A DNA stretch of 63,171 nucleotides, counting the filler, from Reclinomonas americana ATCC 50394 (Eukaryota): the NCBI GenBank assembly GCA_048213135.1. It is 6 parts of 4 records of this genome, joined end to end, with 100 filler letters (N's around TTAATTAATTAA, not from the genome) between each part and the next. Parts side by side here need not be neighbours in the genome. Positions count along the whole stretch, not along the records: positions 26,201 to 53,856 come from PS015171.1; 5 more parts are not named here. The stretch is one strand, 5' to 3'. Position numbers and translations under genes: made by a program. Under the pieces are notes generated by a model. The model saw nothing but the letters and a program-made list of their open reading frames with translations. It made no database searches and was not told the origin of the DNA. Each line of letters begins with the position of its first letter. The first letter of the stretch is position 1. Below are positions 38,100-50,763 of the stretch, piece by piece.

Positions 38100-39666
38100 T
38101 CAACTCAAAGTCCCTTGGGACGACAATGGAACAGGGAAGCCACGGCGAAGGCGTGACAAGGGGTGCCGGACCGTGTGCTCACTGATTGCCAGCGTGCCCG
38201 TGCAGCTGCCGCTGTGGCGCGACTGGTCCTCGTCCTCGATCGGAGCGGGCCACACAATGCCGTCTTTCAGCGGCAATTCGTGCCCCGCAGCCTCCTGCAA
38301 CACGCGGATCACGTGCTCGCCAATGCCCAGCGACGCAGTGACACCCGTGGAGCGAATTCCCGCGCAGGTGATCCACTGTCGCCCATCGACGGCCTCGATG
38401 ATGTAATCCGACGTCTCACGAGTAGCCGGACGGAGGCCCACGTAGCCGACCACCGGCACTCCGTCATTGGCGCGCGCCAACTGCGGTACGTGATGCGTCG
38501 CTAGATCGGCCAGACGTGCAGCCACGGTGTCTTCCAGTGTTGCATACCGGGCGGCCGCAGCGTCGCGCTGTTCGTCGGGTCCGTCGTCGGCCGTCGGACC
38601 CACTAGCAGACCACCGTACAACGTTGGTGTCAGCAGAGCGCCCTTGGTACGCGCGTTGGGCACCGGCAGAATGATGGACGATAGCAGCTGGCGACCGAGT
38701 GCACCGTCGTACAGGAGAAACTGTCCACGTCGTGGCACAATGTGGAACTGACTGCATCGCGCGCGCGCCGGGGAGCAGAGTGAGATACTGGATCCAGAGG
38801 CGACTGTGATATCGATGGGGAACTGATGACGCAACGGAGTGCGACAGAGCGCTTCGACATGGTCTCCGTGCAAACCAGCGCAGTTGATCACCCATTGTGC
38901 CCTGACAAGTCGACCGTCTGCCGCGCGGATGCGCCACTCATGCTCGATCCTGCAAAACTCTGCCAATGCAACAAGCGATAGTTAGTTTGTTTGCTTGCTT
39001 TGTTGGGATGCCGCGCACCGCACCTGCCGAGGCCACTGCAAAGTTGAGCAGCACGCTCGCTCCATTGGCCACCGCCTGCCGCGCATACGACAGCGGCACC
39101 TGCACCGGATCCACCGTGTACTCGCGCGGGATCCACAACGCACCGAGTGCCTCGTGCGAGAGAGCCGGCTCGCGCTGCCGCAACTCATCACGACTCACCA
39201 GCACCACATCAGCACAGCCGCGCTCCTCACGCGCCACGCGCATGATCTCCGGCAGAGCCTCCTCCAGCTCCTCCTTGGTCCACGCAACCAGCAGCGCACC
39301 GGCTGCGTGGCGGCGAATGCCGAGGCGCGACAGACACGAGTCGGCGAGTGTGTTGGATTCGTCGAGACAGGCGGCCTCCAGTGTGCCTGGCTTCGCATCG
39401 AAGCCGCAGTGCCAGATGCCGGTGTTGCCTGCGGAGGCGCCGTTGGCCAGTGCGTCTGTGGCCTCGACGAGCACGCACGAGGCCGGCAGGCGACGCACGG
39501 AAAGCGCGCGCAGCACTGCACAGCCGACCACGCCGCCGCCAATCACACACACGTGGTGGCGATGGTCGTGCTCACCACTGCATGGTTCTGCGGTAGTGCT
39601 CTCTGTTGCTACGGAGGGCGATGCAGAGTGGAGGTGGCGTAGGAGTACGCGAATGCGTGTCTCCAT
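38100..39666 (-). CDS. FAD-dependent oxidoreductase (DAO family, GlpA/LhgO-like) with N-terminal PTS2 signal
   Basis: Rossmann motif VCVIGGGVVGCA plus GASAGNTGIWHCGFD, VINCAGLHGD, PRRGQF, PTLYGGLLVGPTA, GLRPA and GIRSTGVTASLGIG. The N-terminus contains RIRVLLRHL. Confidence 0.9.
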
Positions 39667-39709
39667 GTGTTCAGAATGCAACTAATTTTCCGATGATTTT
39701 CACTTTCGT

Positions 39710-42700
39710 TCATGATGAGGGACTGGGCGCGAGTGGCGAGTGGTTGCCAGACACTGTGGAGAGGAGATTGTGGTGAGTCAGTGGGCGAGACGACGTGCAG
39801 CGTCACAAATGTGCATGTCACGCAACTTGAACGGCGAATCAGCGAAGATGGCAGCGCATCGCGCGATGTCTGGCGATGCGATCGTTCGCGTCGGTGGGCG
39901 CGCTCCGAGGCCAGGATGGACACGTCGCGCAGATGCTTGGTGTGCTGGTTGAGGAAACCGTGTTGCATCTGCGCATCGTCGTCTGCAGCTGCAGCGGCAG
40001 CAGTGGCGGCGGCGCGAGGGGGAAGAGGCGGCAGCGGCCGGTGCGCTACTGGCACTCCGGTCACGATCGCGTCGTCCACTCCCGCCCCGGCGTGTGCACC
40101 CGCCACGGCGACCACGGCGGCACCGACGCTTGGTTTCTTCGGGCGTGGCGGATTGGACGAACCGGTGCCGGCTGTCGGCGAGGTGCCGGGGGGTCGGCTG
40201 CCGACCGTCAACTCGACCGCGGCACTGGTGCCTTCGTTTGGCAGCTTTGCCGGTGGTGGTGGTGGCGGTGGAGCCTGTACGTGGCTGGTTAGTGACCATA
40301 CGAGACCGTCGCACGCGCTGTGTTGCACTCTTACCTCGCACTCGACGCACTGCACAAAGACGTCGATGGTCTCGAAAAACGATGGCATCGAGAACGTCTT
40401 GGGGTCTTCTGCAAAGTAGGCGCGCACTTGGTCCCGCAGTGCAGGCACACGCGCTGCATCTGCCAGCAGACTCTTGTATTGAGCCTCGTGCCGCTGTGTG
40501 AGGCAATACAGTGAGCATAAAAAAGTGAATCGAAGCCACAAGTGTGGTCCTGTGCGTTGCACACCTGCAGTTCCGAGAGTACTGCCGGACCGAGTGGGTC
40601 TTGCGGATGCGACAACGAGGCAGCAGCCACCTTTTGTGCCAGTTCCCATGCCGCGCGCAATTGGTTGACAGATTGCAAGGTGACTGTGTGTGTGTGCGTG
40701 TGTGAGTTAATGTCATCGTTATTGGAGAACGAGTAAAAGAAGAGACCAACCATCAACATTAACTGCGACATCGAAACAAGAAATAGTGAGCGACGAGACG
40801 GTGATGGAGGGCGATACAGTGTGTGGGACTCACCGGCGCGGGCGTCGACAATGTGTGGAAGCTGTGACGAGGGATCATGAGGCGTTTCACGATTGCGAGA
40901 CGTGTGTGCTGATGAAGATTTCAAATGCACGTACCTCAGAGCGCACGTCGAGCAAATCGTGTTCCGAGTGCGCAATGTGCTCCGCGATGCACTTGAGGAG
41001 TGTGGTGCCCCGGTTGCTTCTCGTTTCTCGCAGCTACCGCGATGGTAGGTGAGGAAGAGCTGTGGTATGTGCGAGGACGAGTGTCGATACTTTGCTCACC
41101 TTGGTCAGTGACTCCAGCTTGAAGCCAAAGGTGTTACCGCGGTGCGTGTTGCCGTTGACGTAGTTGCCGATGGCGAGAACGACAGTGAGAAGCCGCACAA
41201 GCCGCCTACTTTGCAGCACCTACAGGAGGAGGTACACACACAATGTCACCGTCGTGTACCCGCACATACAGCGGACTAGAGAGCAAGCAAACCTCGGTGC
41301 ATGCAAACACCACATCTTCCACTTTCTGCGACACCACACACGCACTGGTTAGATCGCCACGAGGGAATGCCGCAGTTCCAACACCTCCGCTCCACTCACT
41401 CTGTGCAGCTCGTCCAGTGCCGCCGCACACCGAAGGGAGAACAACCAAGTGTTGAGTCGATCCAACAGGCGTGGCACAGCAGTCACCTGATGAGAGTACC
41501 GATCATCAGTGACAGGAACCTCGTCGGGGCAGCACCGGCCTGCAGCACTCACCGCTCGAATGAATCGCTCCGGAGCATCCAGCGCGTCCTCTGGTCCCTC
41601 AAAGGATTGCACGAGAGTCACCTACAAGGCATGGACCAACATCCAATGAGCACGTGCTTGCCATCTGCGCTGCAGTTCTTTCAAAGTAGACCTCATCCTC
41701 GGTGGGAATTTGCATCGCAGCGATCAGTGATTCCACCTGTCGTGCCAGCAGCGATGGTTAGCAGCAGGGAGAGTGGACGGACTGCTCTCGACTGCCACGT
41801 GCCTTTTCTTCGGTGAGGAAGTTGCGGTCCATCATTGCGATTGCGTGCTGCACACGGTCGAATGGAGGTTGCTCAAAGACACGCCGGACAATGATGCCTG
41901 CAGCAAAAGTGCACACAGAGTCAGAGAGGTATCAACGGACACATACACGTGTGAGACCGGACAGTTGCTTGCGAAACTCATGTTGAGGTGTCGTCGTCCC
42001 TCCAGCAGCTGCAGTTTGCGGACAGCTACGAAAAAATCATGGGAGGTGACATCACTGCCGAACGCGCTCTCCAAGCAGTCACAACATCCACGCAACTTGG
42101 CTTCGGCTCCGGCGCGGGTGGCCCATCGTGCTCATCGTGCCGCACTGGTGCTGGCGCCGGTGCATCGAGAACACCGAACAGCGTACACAGTCGTGTCTCA
42201 TCCAAGTGCACCGTCGACACGAGTTGGTCCGTCTGCAGTGATCGATGCGGTCAGGAGCAACAGAGGGTGTTGAGTGAGGAGGACGGCTCACCTTTCCCAG
42301 CTCCCACACAGTTCCCTTGAGTTTCTCGCTGCACACCGATGAGAAATCGACGACGGATGAGACACCACTGACGAGACAGCTTCGGAAAAACACACGACTC
42401 ACAAAGGCAGCTGGCTCCACTGAAAACCTCGCATCTTCATCGGCGGAGTCGGAACATTGATCTTGCGCTGTGTAAACAGGTTTGGAGCAGGAGGGGCAGG
42501 TGGTGCCAGAGGACCCGGTGGAGCAGGTGGTGCGGGTGGTGCGGGTGGTGCGGGCGGTCCAGGTGGGCCGGGTGGGCCGGGTGGGGCTGGCGGAGCGGGT
42601 GGCGCAGGTGGGGCCGGTCGTGCATGCTGCTCTTGAGGCCTGGGTGGAGCCGGTGGAGCAGGAGGAGCAGGTGGTGCTGGCGGAGCCGGCGGGGCCGGTG

Positions 42701-45261
42701 GTGCTGGTGGTGCTGGCGGGGCGGGTGGCGCTGGTGGTGCTGGCGCATGCTCATCTTGAGCAGGCGCTGCGCTGTGTGTTCCGTTTGCCTGTCGCTGGCT
42801 GAGGGCATCGTGGAGTAGTTCTTGCACCGCGAGGCCGAGCTGCATGGGCGCACTCCTTGATACACACATTCACACCTTGTGCTCCATCAAGATTCACACA
42901 CACCTTGGACTTGAACGTGGCAGCGCGCAAACGCTCAGCAACCGATGCCGGATCCGCATGAAGCACATCACGAAGCATGTCCACGTCTTCTTGCTGGCTC
43001 AGTTCGCGCTATGCAAACGATAAAGCAACACACCGTCGTCAGCAATCACAGCTACTGTCGATCGAGCGCGCACGCTTCTCACCGCCATGTGCTCCTTGTG
43101 CAGCGACTGCAGCTTTGCGCGATCGCTCTGCTCGACAGAACGGTCAGTGATGCCGTGACCTGGTGGAGAACACAACATGTGAGCACCACATCACTTTGTT
43201 ACAGAGTGCAGTGGACACACCAGTCTCAAACTCGCGTCCAGTACTCTGCACAAAGCGTGCCAGCGCTCGCCAAAACACGGTCACCGACTCCGGTTGCCTG
43301 CCGTGTGCATGTTAACGAGATGGGAGAAATTGATGTGCAGTGAGCGCACGGCGACGCAACTCGTCAACATGCTGCGAGACTCGCAACAACTCCTGCAGTG
43401 CACGGATAAAGTGACCCAGCGATTCGCTACTGTTGCTGAGTTCCACTGCGGTGGCATCGGCAAGAGCTGCTGGATCCGTGACAATCACACAGCGAGTTAA
43501 GGAACATATCAAAGCAGCGCATCAAACGGAAGGCAAGGCACACAATTGACAAGAGCAAAGGATATTCAACATCGAGAAAGAGCAGGTCGTCTGACGGATC
43601 TCGGACCTCCTCCAGCAGTTCGTTGAGATGCTCAGCGACTTCACGCGAAATCGCTGACTGTGTGTCGAGCTCCTCGGCGACCCTCTGTCAGTATGCATGA
43701 TGATGAGCGTGTGCAAGACCGGTGTTACACGGTCTAGAGATTCCAGCAGTGTTACCATGCAGACGTCGACCAGGTGGGCGGCACGCAGCTCGCGCTTCAG
43801 CTTCCCGCGCATGTGCTCGGCCACATCCAGCATCACGTTAAAGTATGTGATGCAAGCAAGCTGCCACGTACGCGAGACACGTTTGAGGATCACCATGCAC
43901 AAGCTCGCTCCGCACGAGGAGGACGCAACTCGAAAGTTTCCATCGGCAATCTCCGCCAGATCGCGGATCAGCGTTTCGAAGCGATGCTTCTCGCACATGA
44001 TGGTGGCTGCGCAGACGTGAGTCAATCGACGAAACGCTGCACTCAATGCATAGACTCTCACCAAAATGATCGGCGGCGAGCAGCGCTGGCCAGAATACGG
44101 CCTGCGGGGCGTCTTCCTGGCGCTTCCAAGGCACGCACACCAGGCTGTAGATGAGGCGCAGAACTTCCGTCTTCACCGCCGTGTTATCAAACGAGTACAC
44201 CAGGAAAATGTCTTGAATCGCGTGTGGATGCTCCACCAGGTAGCTGAAGCCAGTCTGCACGGACGGTACGCTGCAATCAGCTCACCACAATGGGAAAACA
44301 AGAATGAAGTGGTGTGTGCCACACCTGCGAGTCGGCGATGCGTTGCAGACAGTTGAGGGTCAGCAGCACAACCTGTGCGGCTTCCTTGCTGCACGGCCAA
44401 GGAAGAGTGAGTTGCTGCACACACACAGAGGGGAGATACACGGTACACGCACCTTGGCTGACGGTAGTCTTCGCCAAGAAGCGACAGCAGCACGGCAACG
44501 CCGTCCAGGTTGAGGAACTTGCGCAGCCACGACATGACCGCTCCACTGCAGCGCACCAGGCAAATCAGCGCGACAGGCCCACGACACAACAACAACAACA
44601 CCAACAAAGAATACACACCGTAGCTCCTGATGGAGGCTCTCAAAGTCGGCCATATTCAGCGGCCGCTCACGCAACATTGCCAAAAAGTACTCGGGTTGTC
44701 TGGTGACCAACATCTACCCATCATGACAAGAAGCGATGAGTGGTGACACAAAAGACGCAATGAAAGGGGCGTTGAGAACGCACTCTCTCGCCCAGAGACT
44801 GGATGAACTGCGTCTTTTGCTCCGTCGATCGCTGCCGCAACGTGGCCTTGGCCTCGTCCTTCAAGTTCATCTCCATCTTCACATGCATGCATAAGGATGT
44901 GATTGAGAGACAGCAATGCTCACACACCCTCTCCCTCTCTCTCACACACACACTCACTCACCATGGCCTTCTCAAACGCGCTGTCGACCTCCTCCTTGGA
45001 GAGATGTACTGTGGGGGGTGGAGTGGTGGTGTCTCGGCGAGGGGGCGGCGACTGAATGTGTGCATCGACAGTGTCTGTGTCGCCAAAGATGTTGCTGCTG
45101 CTGCTGCTGCTGAGGACGCCGGCTGAGGCCAGGTTGCAGCTGCGCAGCACGGAGGCTGCGGAGGCTGCGCGCAGAGGACGCACAGTGTGCGCGGAGGCGG
45201 GTTGAGGCGGAGCTAGGTGCGAGGCATCGCTGGTATCGTGTGGTGGTTGATGCTCGGCCAT
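39710..45261 (-). CDS. Diaphanous-related formin (GBD/FH3-FH1-FH2)
   Basis: GBD/FH3 (SWLRKFLNLDGVAVLLSLL, EKHRFETLI), polyproline FH1 at ~42490-42745, and FH2 (KMRGFQWSQL, VLAIGNYVNGNTHRGNTFGFKLESLTKL, YFAEDPK...FFETIDVF). Confidence 0.93.
42490..42745 (-). repeat. Coding 9-nt-period repeat encoding (PPA/PPG)n, the formin FH1 domain
   Basis: Two blocks of tandem PPA/PPG triplets separated by RPQEQHAR. Confidence 0.9.
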
Positions 45262-45506
45262 CCTGGTCAGTGAGTGCCACTGTCTGTGTGTGTGTGTGTG
45301 TTCTCTTTGCTCTTGCGCTCTCCTCAAGAATCAATGTCAGTCCGCCGTGTCCGCTGTGAGTGTGGTCCCACCGTCAGTTGCTTTGATCACTTAACGACGA
45401 CTCTCTCTGTCTGTTGCCTGCGCCTTGGTACGTTTATTGGTCAGAGTTCGTCACTCTACACGAACCCAGACAGCTAGCTACCACCACCACCAGCCCCACA
45501 TCGGTC

Positions 45507-47716
45507 TTACAGTCTATTAAAAAAGGTGGCGTGGCGTCAGACACACGATAGCGGCGGACAGAGAGGGACTGACGACAACGACAACGCAACTTCTTCACAA
45601 TCTGCACGACATCTTCGTCCTCCAGAATGTGATCGCGGCCGACCTTTTGCGGATTGTGCCGTGCTGACCGTCCCCATACCCATGCACTGCATGCATCGCA
45701 CAGTGAGCAAGACGACGGCAACATCAGCTGCTTCCGTAAAAAGCAACGCAACTACTTGAAGTCCTTGAGAATGGCGCGATGGATCTTGTTGCAAAAGTGT
45801 TCCATCGAGCACATGTGGGACTTGAGAATGACGGGGGCCGAGTAGTCAGGGAACTGCCCTCTGGGCTTGGTGTAACTGCAGGCAGGGTGCGAGACAGTGA
45901 GCACGGCGCTCGAAATCTCAGAACACGTACGAACACCACAAACAACAAGAGCAATCTCGGAAGGTTGTATCGGGCGGAAAGACAGCAGACTGTCGCCAGT
46001 CACCCTTCTATCCTTCCTGGAAAGAATGGAAGAGAGAGAGAGAGACAAGAGAAGAGAATTGCGCCGAATGACTCACATGCGGACCAAGCTCAAGTACTCC
46101 CAGATGCGTTCCAGCAGCTCATCCAGATTCCAGCTGTGTTCGGCCGAGATCGGCACCACGTGCGGCAGCTTGAACAGAATGTCGAGCTCCTCGATCGTGA
46201 TTGCGTCGATCTTGTTCAACACATAGATGCACGGAATGTAGATGCTGTGTGTGCGTGGCGCTGCCGTGAGCGACCACCACGTAAGAATATAGACCACCCA
46301 AGGAAATAATCAACTCACCGGTTATTCTCCAGCACATCAATGAGATCGTCGGCGGTGGCATCGCATCGGAAGCACACGTCGGCATTCGGAATGCGATACT
46401 CGTTGAGGATGTTTGACACGGTCTCCTTGTCGAGGTACGACAGATTCGTCTACGCACCAATCTCATCAGCATGGGAGCAGGAGGCGGCGAAGCATCCATC
46501 CACAGCGACTCACCGTCGACGTAATCATGTGTCCACCACGCTCCTTCTTGCGGAACTGGATGTCTGGCGGCCGCTTGTTGAGACGAATACCAAAGCCCTC
46601 GAGTTNNNNNNNNNNNNNNNNNNNNNNNNNNNNNNNNNNNNNNNNNNNNNNNNNNNNNNNNNNNNNNNNNNNNNNNNNNNNNNNNNNNNNNNNNNNNNNN
46701 NNNNNNNNNNNNNNNNNNNNNNNNNNNNNNNNNNNNNNNNNNNNNNNNNNNNNNNNNNNNNNNNNNNNNNNNNNNNNNNNNNNNNNNNNNNNNNNNNNNN
46801 NNNNNNNNNCCGACTCAATGATACGCTTGTGAATGGCAGGACGCGTGGCATCCAGCACAATCAGAATGAGCGAGCACGTGCGCGCCACGGCAATGACCTG
46901 CCGACCACGACCCTTGCCGTCCTTCGCACCCTCAATGATACCCGGCAAGTCCAACATCTGAATCTTGGCGCCACGGTACTCGACCAAGCCCGGCACGCAT
47001 GTGAGCGTGGTGAACTCGTAGGCGCCGACCTCGGAGAACGAGTTGGTCATCTTGTTGAGCAGCGTCGACTTGCCCACCGAGGGAAAGCCTACAAATAGCA
47101 AATGAAATGAGAATGGATGGATGCCCTTCTTGAGTCCCTCTGTGTGACTCTCTCTCTGACCTACGAATCCCACACGTGCATCTCCGGTCTTTGCGACATC
47201 AAAGCCCTCGCCAGCGCCCTTGGAGCCTCCCGTGGGCGCAATGAGCTCGCGCTTCAACTTGGCCAACTTGGCCTTGAGCAGACCCAAGTGACGCGCAGTC
47301 GCCTTGTTCTTTTGCGTGCGGGCCATCTGCATTCAATCACACACACGCACACACGCACANNNNNNNNNNNNNNNNNNNNNNNNNNNNNNNNNNNNNNNNN
47401 NNNNNNNNNNNNNNNNNNNNNNNNNNNNNNNNNNNNNNNNNNNNNNNNNNNNNNNNNNNNNNNNNNNNNNNNNNNNNNNNNNNNNNNNNNNNNNNNNNNN
47501 NNNNNNNNNNNNNNNNNNNNNNNNNNNNNNNNNNNNNNNNNNNNNNNNNNNNNNNNNNNNNNNNNNNNNNCACAAAAGAGGGTGAGTTTGTGAGGGGCAT
47601 GTCAATGACGCAACACTCTTTCTCGCTTTCGCTTTCACTCTCTGTCTCTCTCGTCTCTCTCGCTCACACGCGCTCACCTCGGCCTCAATGTCCTCGATTT
47701 GTTGCGCGACAGACAT
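45507..47716 (-). CDS. DRG1: Developmentally regulated GTP-binding protein 1 (DRG1/Rbg1)
   Basis: Motifs [10 protein letters not shown]...[56 protein letters not shown] and NKID; the TGS domain ends [15 protein letters not shown]. Confidence 0.97.
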
Positions 47717-47803
47717 GGTTGCTTCCACGCGCTGCTTGCGCAATCACTTGTATTCCACCGTCCACGCCAATCGACCAAGCTGTGACGTTGCAATCAAGAT
47801 AAG

Positions 47804-48348
47804 ATGGATCGTTGCGCGCTCTTTGTGTGCTTCTCTCTTTGTCTCTCTCTTTGCGACTCATCCTTGTGTGAGCAGCTCGAGGACAAGACGCGCCGTCAGG
47901 CATTCCCGATGAGCTGTTGGACGTTGCGCGCGCTCTTTGTCTCTCTCTCTGTGACTCTCTCTCTCTGTCTCTCACACATGTGCACATGTACAGGAGAAGG
48001 CAGCAGAGAAGGCCGCTGTTGCAGTGCAGAGCAAGATCAACTTGCAGGTACAAGTGATTCGCACGCATGCATTGTGATCATCTCCTCTCACACACTCTTT
48101 TCTCTCTCTCTGTGTGCAGAGCCTGCCCATTCGTGCGTACCTCGACCAGACAGTGGTGCCTGTGTTGTTGCAAGGACTGGCGGCTGTGGTGCGCGATCGG
48201 TGAGCATGTCTTGCCTTGTGTATGTGTTGTTTTTCCAAGTTGTTCAACTCCCCCTCCTTCCTTCCATTCTTGCAGACCTGCCAAGCCCATTGAGTACCTG
48301 GCGGCGTACTTGCACAAGCGCAGCGAGTCGAATGTGGAGAAGGAATGA
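47804..48348 (+). CDS. DPY30: DPY30-like protein
   Basis: Five exons give ...[44 protein letters not shown], the Dpy-30 motif. Confidence 0.92.
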
Positions 48349-48590
48349 TGTGTAGCATGGTGGTGGAAGCAAAAGGAAAACAACAACAATGCCACATGCT
48401 CTTGTGTGTTGTATAGGGAGGGGAAGTGAATGCGCAAGAGTCTTGTTCTAACACCACGTTTCTTATCGATTGTTTACGTGTAATACCCTCTTTTCTGTGG
48501 CTGGTACCTGTCGAAGAACAGGACCACAGCAAGATGGGAAAGAGGAGAAGCATGGAAGAAGACAGAAAATCGAGAATGTGCGCGGAGCGC

Positions 48591-50510
48591 TTACACCGAC
48601 GACTTGGCCGTGCGGAAGCCGACATCGGATTGCGTCTGTGTATGCAGTCGTGTCAGCGTGCTTCGTGATCGCCGTGGAACAACAAGGGGCAGTCGACGCA
48701 ACTCCCTCCTCGTCGTTCGAGGCGTGTGGTTGCGGCTCATCGTCGGTCGCGGCCTTGTTCTGCATTCGTGAACACGGGTGAGCATCTCCCATCGCTGCAG
48801 CTGCATACAAGTGTACAACGAGAGACCTTGCAGCCGACAACCAACTGGAAGACACCGTTGACAACAAGCAGAATGCCGGCAATGAACTGCAGCAAGTGCG
48901 AAGGTCCTGGACGAGCGGGGCAGCGAGGCGTGAACATCAGACGCGTGGGAGGGGAGAGAAGAGCGACGATGGTGACTCACCCCACGACGCGGCCAGTGTG
49001 CCGATGAAGATGTAGAAGTAGCCACGACCTGGATAATCATGTCAGAAGTGAGGAAGGGAGAGGCGAGGGAGTGAGGGAGAAGGGAAGGCAAGGAGAACAC
49101 GAAGTGCAAGGACGAGGTGTACGAGAAATAAGCTCCACATAAAGAGACGGAAGAGGCAGGGACTTACAGGAAGAGATGCGAGGGCGGAAGACGAGGGAGA
49201 ACGAGAACAAGAAATGCAAGTCAACAGGAGCGATAGATCCCACGGAAAGAGAAGCATGGCGAGGTGTATGAGAGTCAAGCTGTGTAGACAGAGAGTCAGA
49301 GGTACCCACAGATAGAGAGAACGGCAAGGAGTGAGCAACGAGAACGAGAGACGGAAAGACAGAAATGCAAGGACGAGATGCCGTGGAAAGAGAATGCTGG
49401 AAGTGATAAATGAGAGACAACCTGCGTAGAAAGTGAGAGTGGGAGAGACGGAAACGAAAGAAGAGAAAGGGCTGGAGTGAACGGGAACGAGAGACGGAAA
49501 GATAGAAATGCAAGGACGAGATGCCGCGGAAAGAGAATGCTGGAAGTGATAAACGAGAGACAACCTGTCGTAGAAAGTGAGTGGGAGCGATGGAACGCAA
49601 ATGGGGAACGAGAAGAAGAGAGAACGAGAGATGGAGTACGGGAAGGAGAGAACGAGAGCAAGAATGACAAGGCTCCATCGAAAGCAAATACAGACAGAGA
49701 GAAGACAAGACCGTAGGCAGAGAAAGAGAGAGAGAGAGTGAGGGAAGGAGACAGAGCGAAGAGGGCGAAGACAAGTCCCGCTCATTTCATGCATGCTCCT
49801 CCTTTCTCACCCGTGTTGGTCTCCATGAAAGCAAATCGCCTGAAGATGAAGCGGCACTTCAACTCGGACACTACACACACGCACACACACACATGAGCAC
49901 ACACGCAGAGGAACACACACACAAAGACGAAAAACACACGCAACCAAATCCAATAAACGCGAACGCACTGCGCAGCAAACAAACTCAGTCAGCCAGTCAC
50001 GAGAGTGAACGCAGACACAGCGTGTGCAAAGAGCGAGACGCAACATGAGGTAGATGGAGAGCACCTGCAAGAAGTGCATCAGTGAGCAAGACAAAGACAA
50101 CACGCGCGCACACACACACTCACCAGCTCAAACAAGTTGAAGGAGACAATGACACCGAGCAACGAGAAGACGCCGACCACGGCCAGACCAAGGCAGCATG
50201 CGAGGCCGACAATCTGCACACACACACACACACACACAGAGTGTCAGTGTGCGCGCATTTGAGTGAATCTCTTGTGTGTGTGTAACGCGTGGAACAGCAA
50301 TGAACACAGCACGACACTGCGCTGTGTGTTTGCTCTCATTGTGCGCTCGTGCGTGTCCGTGTGCGTGTGCTCAACACAAAGTCATCGACATGGCGGCAGA
50401 CACACACACACTCTCTCTCTCTGTCTGTGTCTGCGTGTGCGACTTACCCGTGAGATGCGCTCCAGCTTGGTCATGCCCTGTGTGGGCGCGGCTTGCAACT
50501 GCGACTGCAT
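48591..50510 (-). CDS. COPI-associated / Tvp15-like Golgi membrane protein
   Basis: Spliced product has about four TM segments and the family-like motif SELK...FAFMETNTGRGYFYIFIGTL. It includes a 782-nt intron (49029-49810). The start is at 50510 or 50474. Confidence 0.75.
49090..49600. repeat. Degenerate intronic direct repeats (~100-nt unit)
   Basis: 49342-49445 closely matches 49485-49586 (GAACGAGAGACGGAAAGAYAGAAATGCAAGGACGAGATGCCG...). Weaker copies lie near 49095 and 49200. Confidence 0.85.
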
Positions 50511-50763
50511 TTTGCTCTTCTCTTGTGACGACGACGAATGGATTGAGAGTGAGAGGACAACGGTACAATCCTCGCATTGTGAGCGCAACTTCGTTGTTTT
50601 TCACTGGTGCTCCCTGGTGCGCTCGCTATTCTTGCCTCTGCATCAGTGTGCACGGGGAAAGCGATCCTCGAATTGAATTGCAGAAGCGTGTTTTGGTTCA
50701 TTTTGTTCCGCTCAAAGCCCAGCCTGGCGTGCATGCACTGTTGTTGTTGTTTTTTGTTGTTGC

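Noticed and set aside
45434-45590. Long C-terminal extension of DRG1 shown in the ORF track
   Set aside because: Explained by a GTTGCG intron (45514-45590), which gives the normal end VKKL-TAA.
49037-49794. Long Leu/Ser/Phe-rich ORFs here and at 60621-61170
   Set aside because: They are by-products of CT-rich intronic repeats that lack stop codons, and the flanking exons splice cleanly across them.
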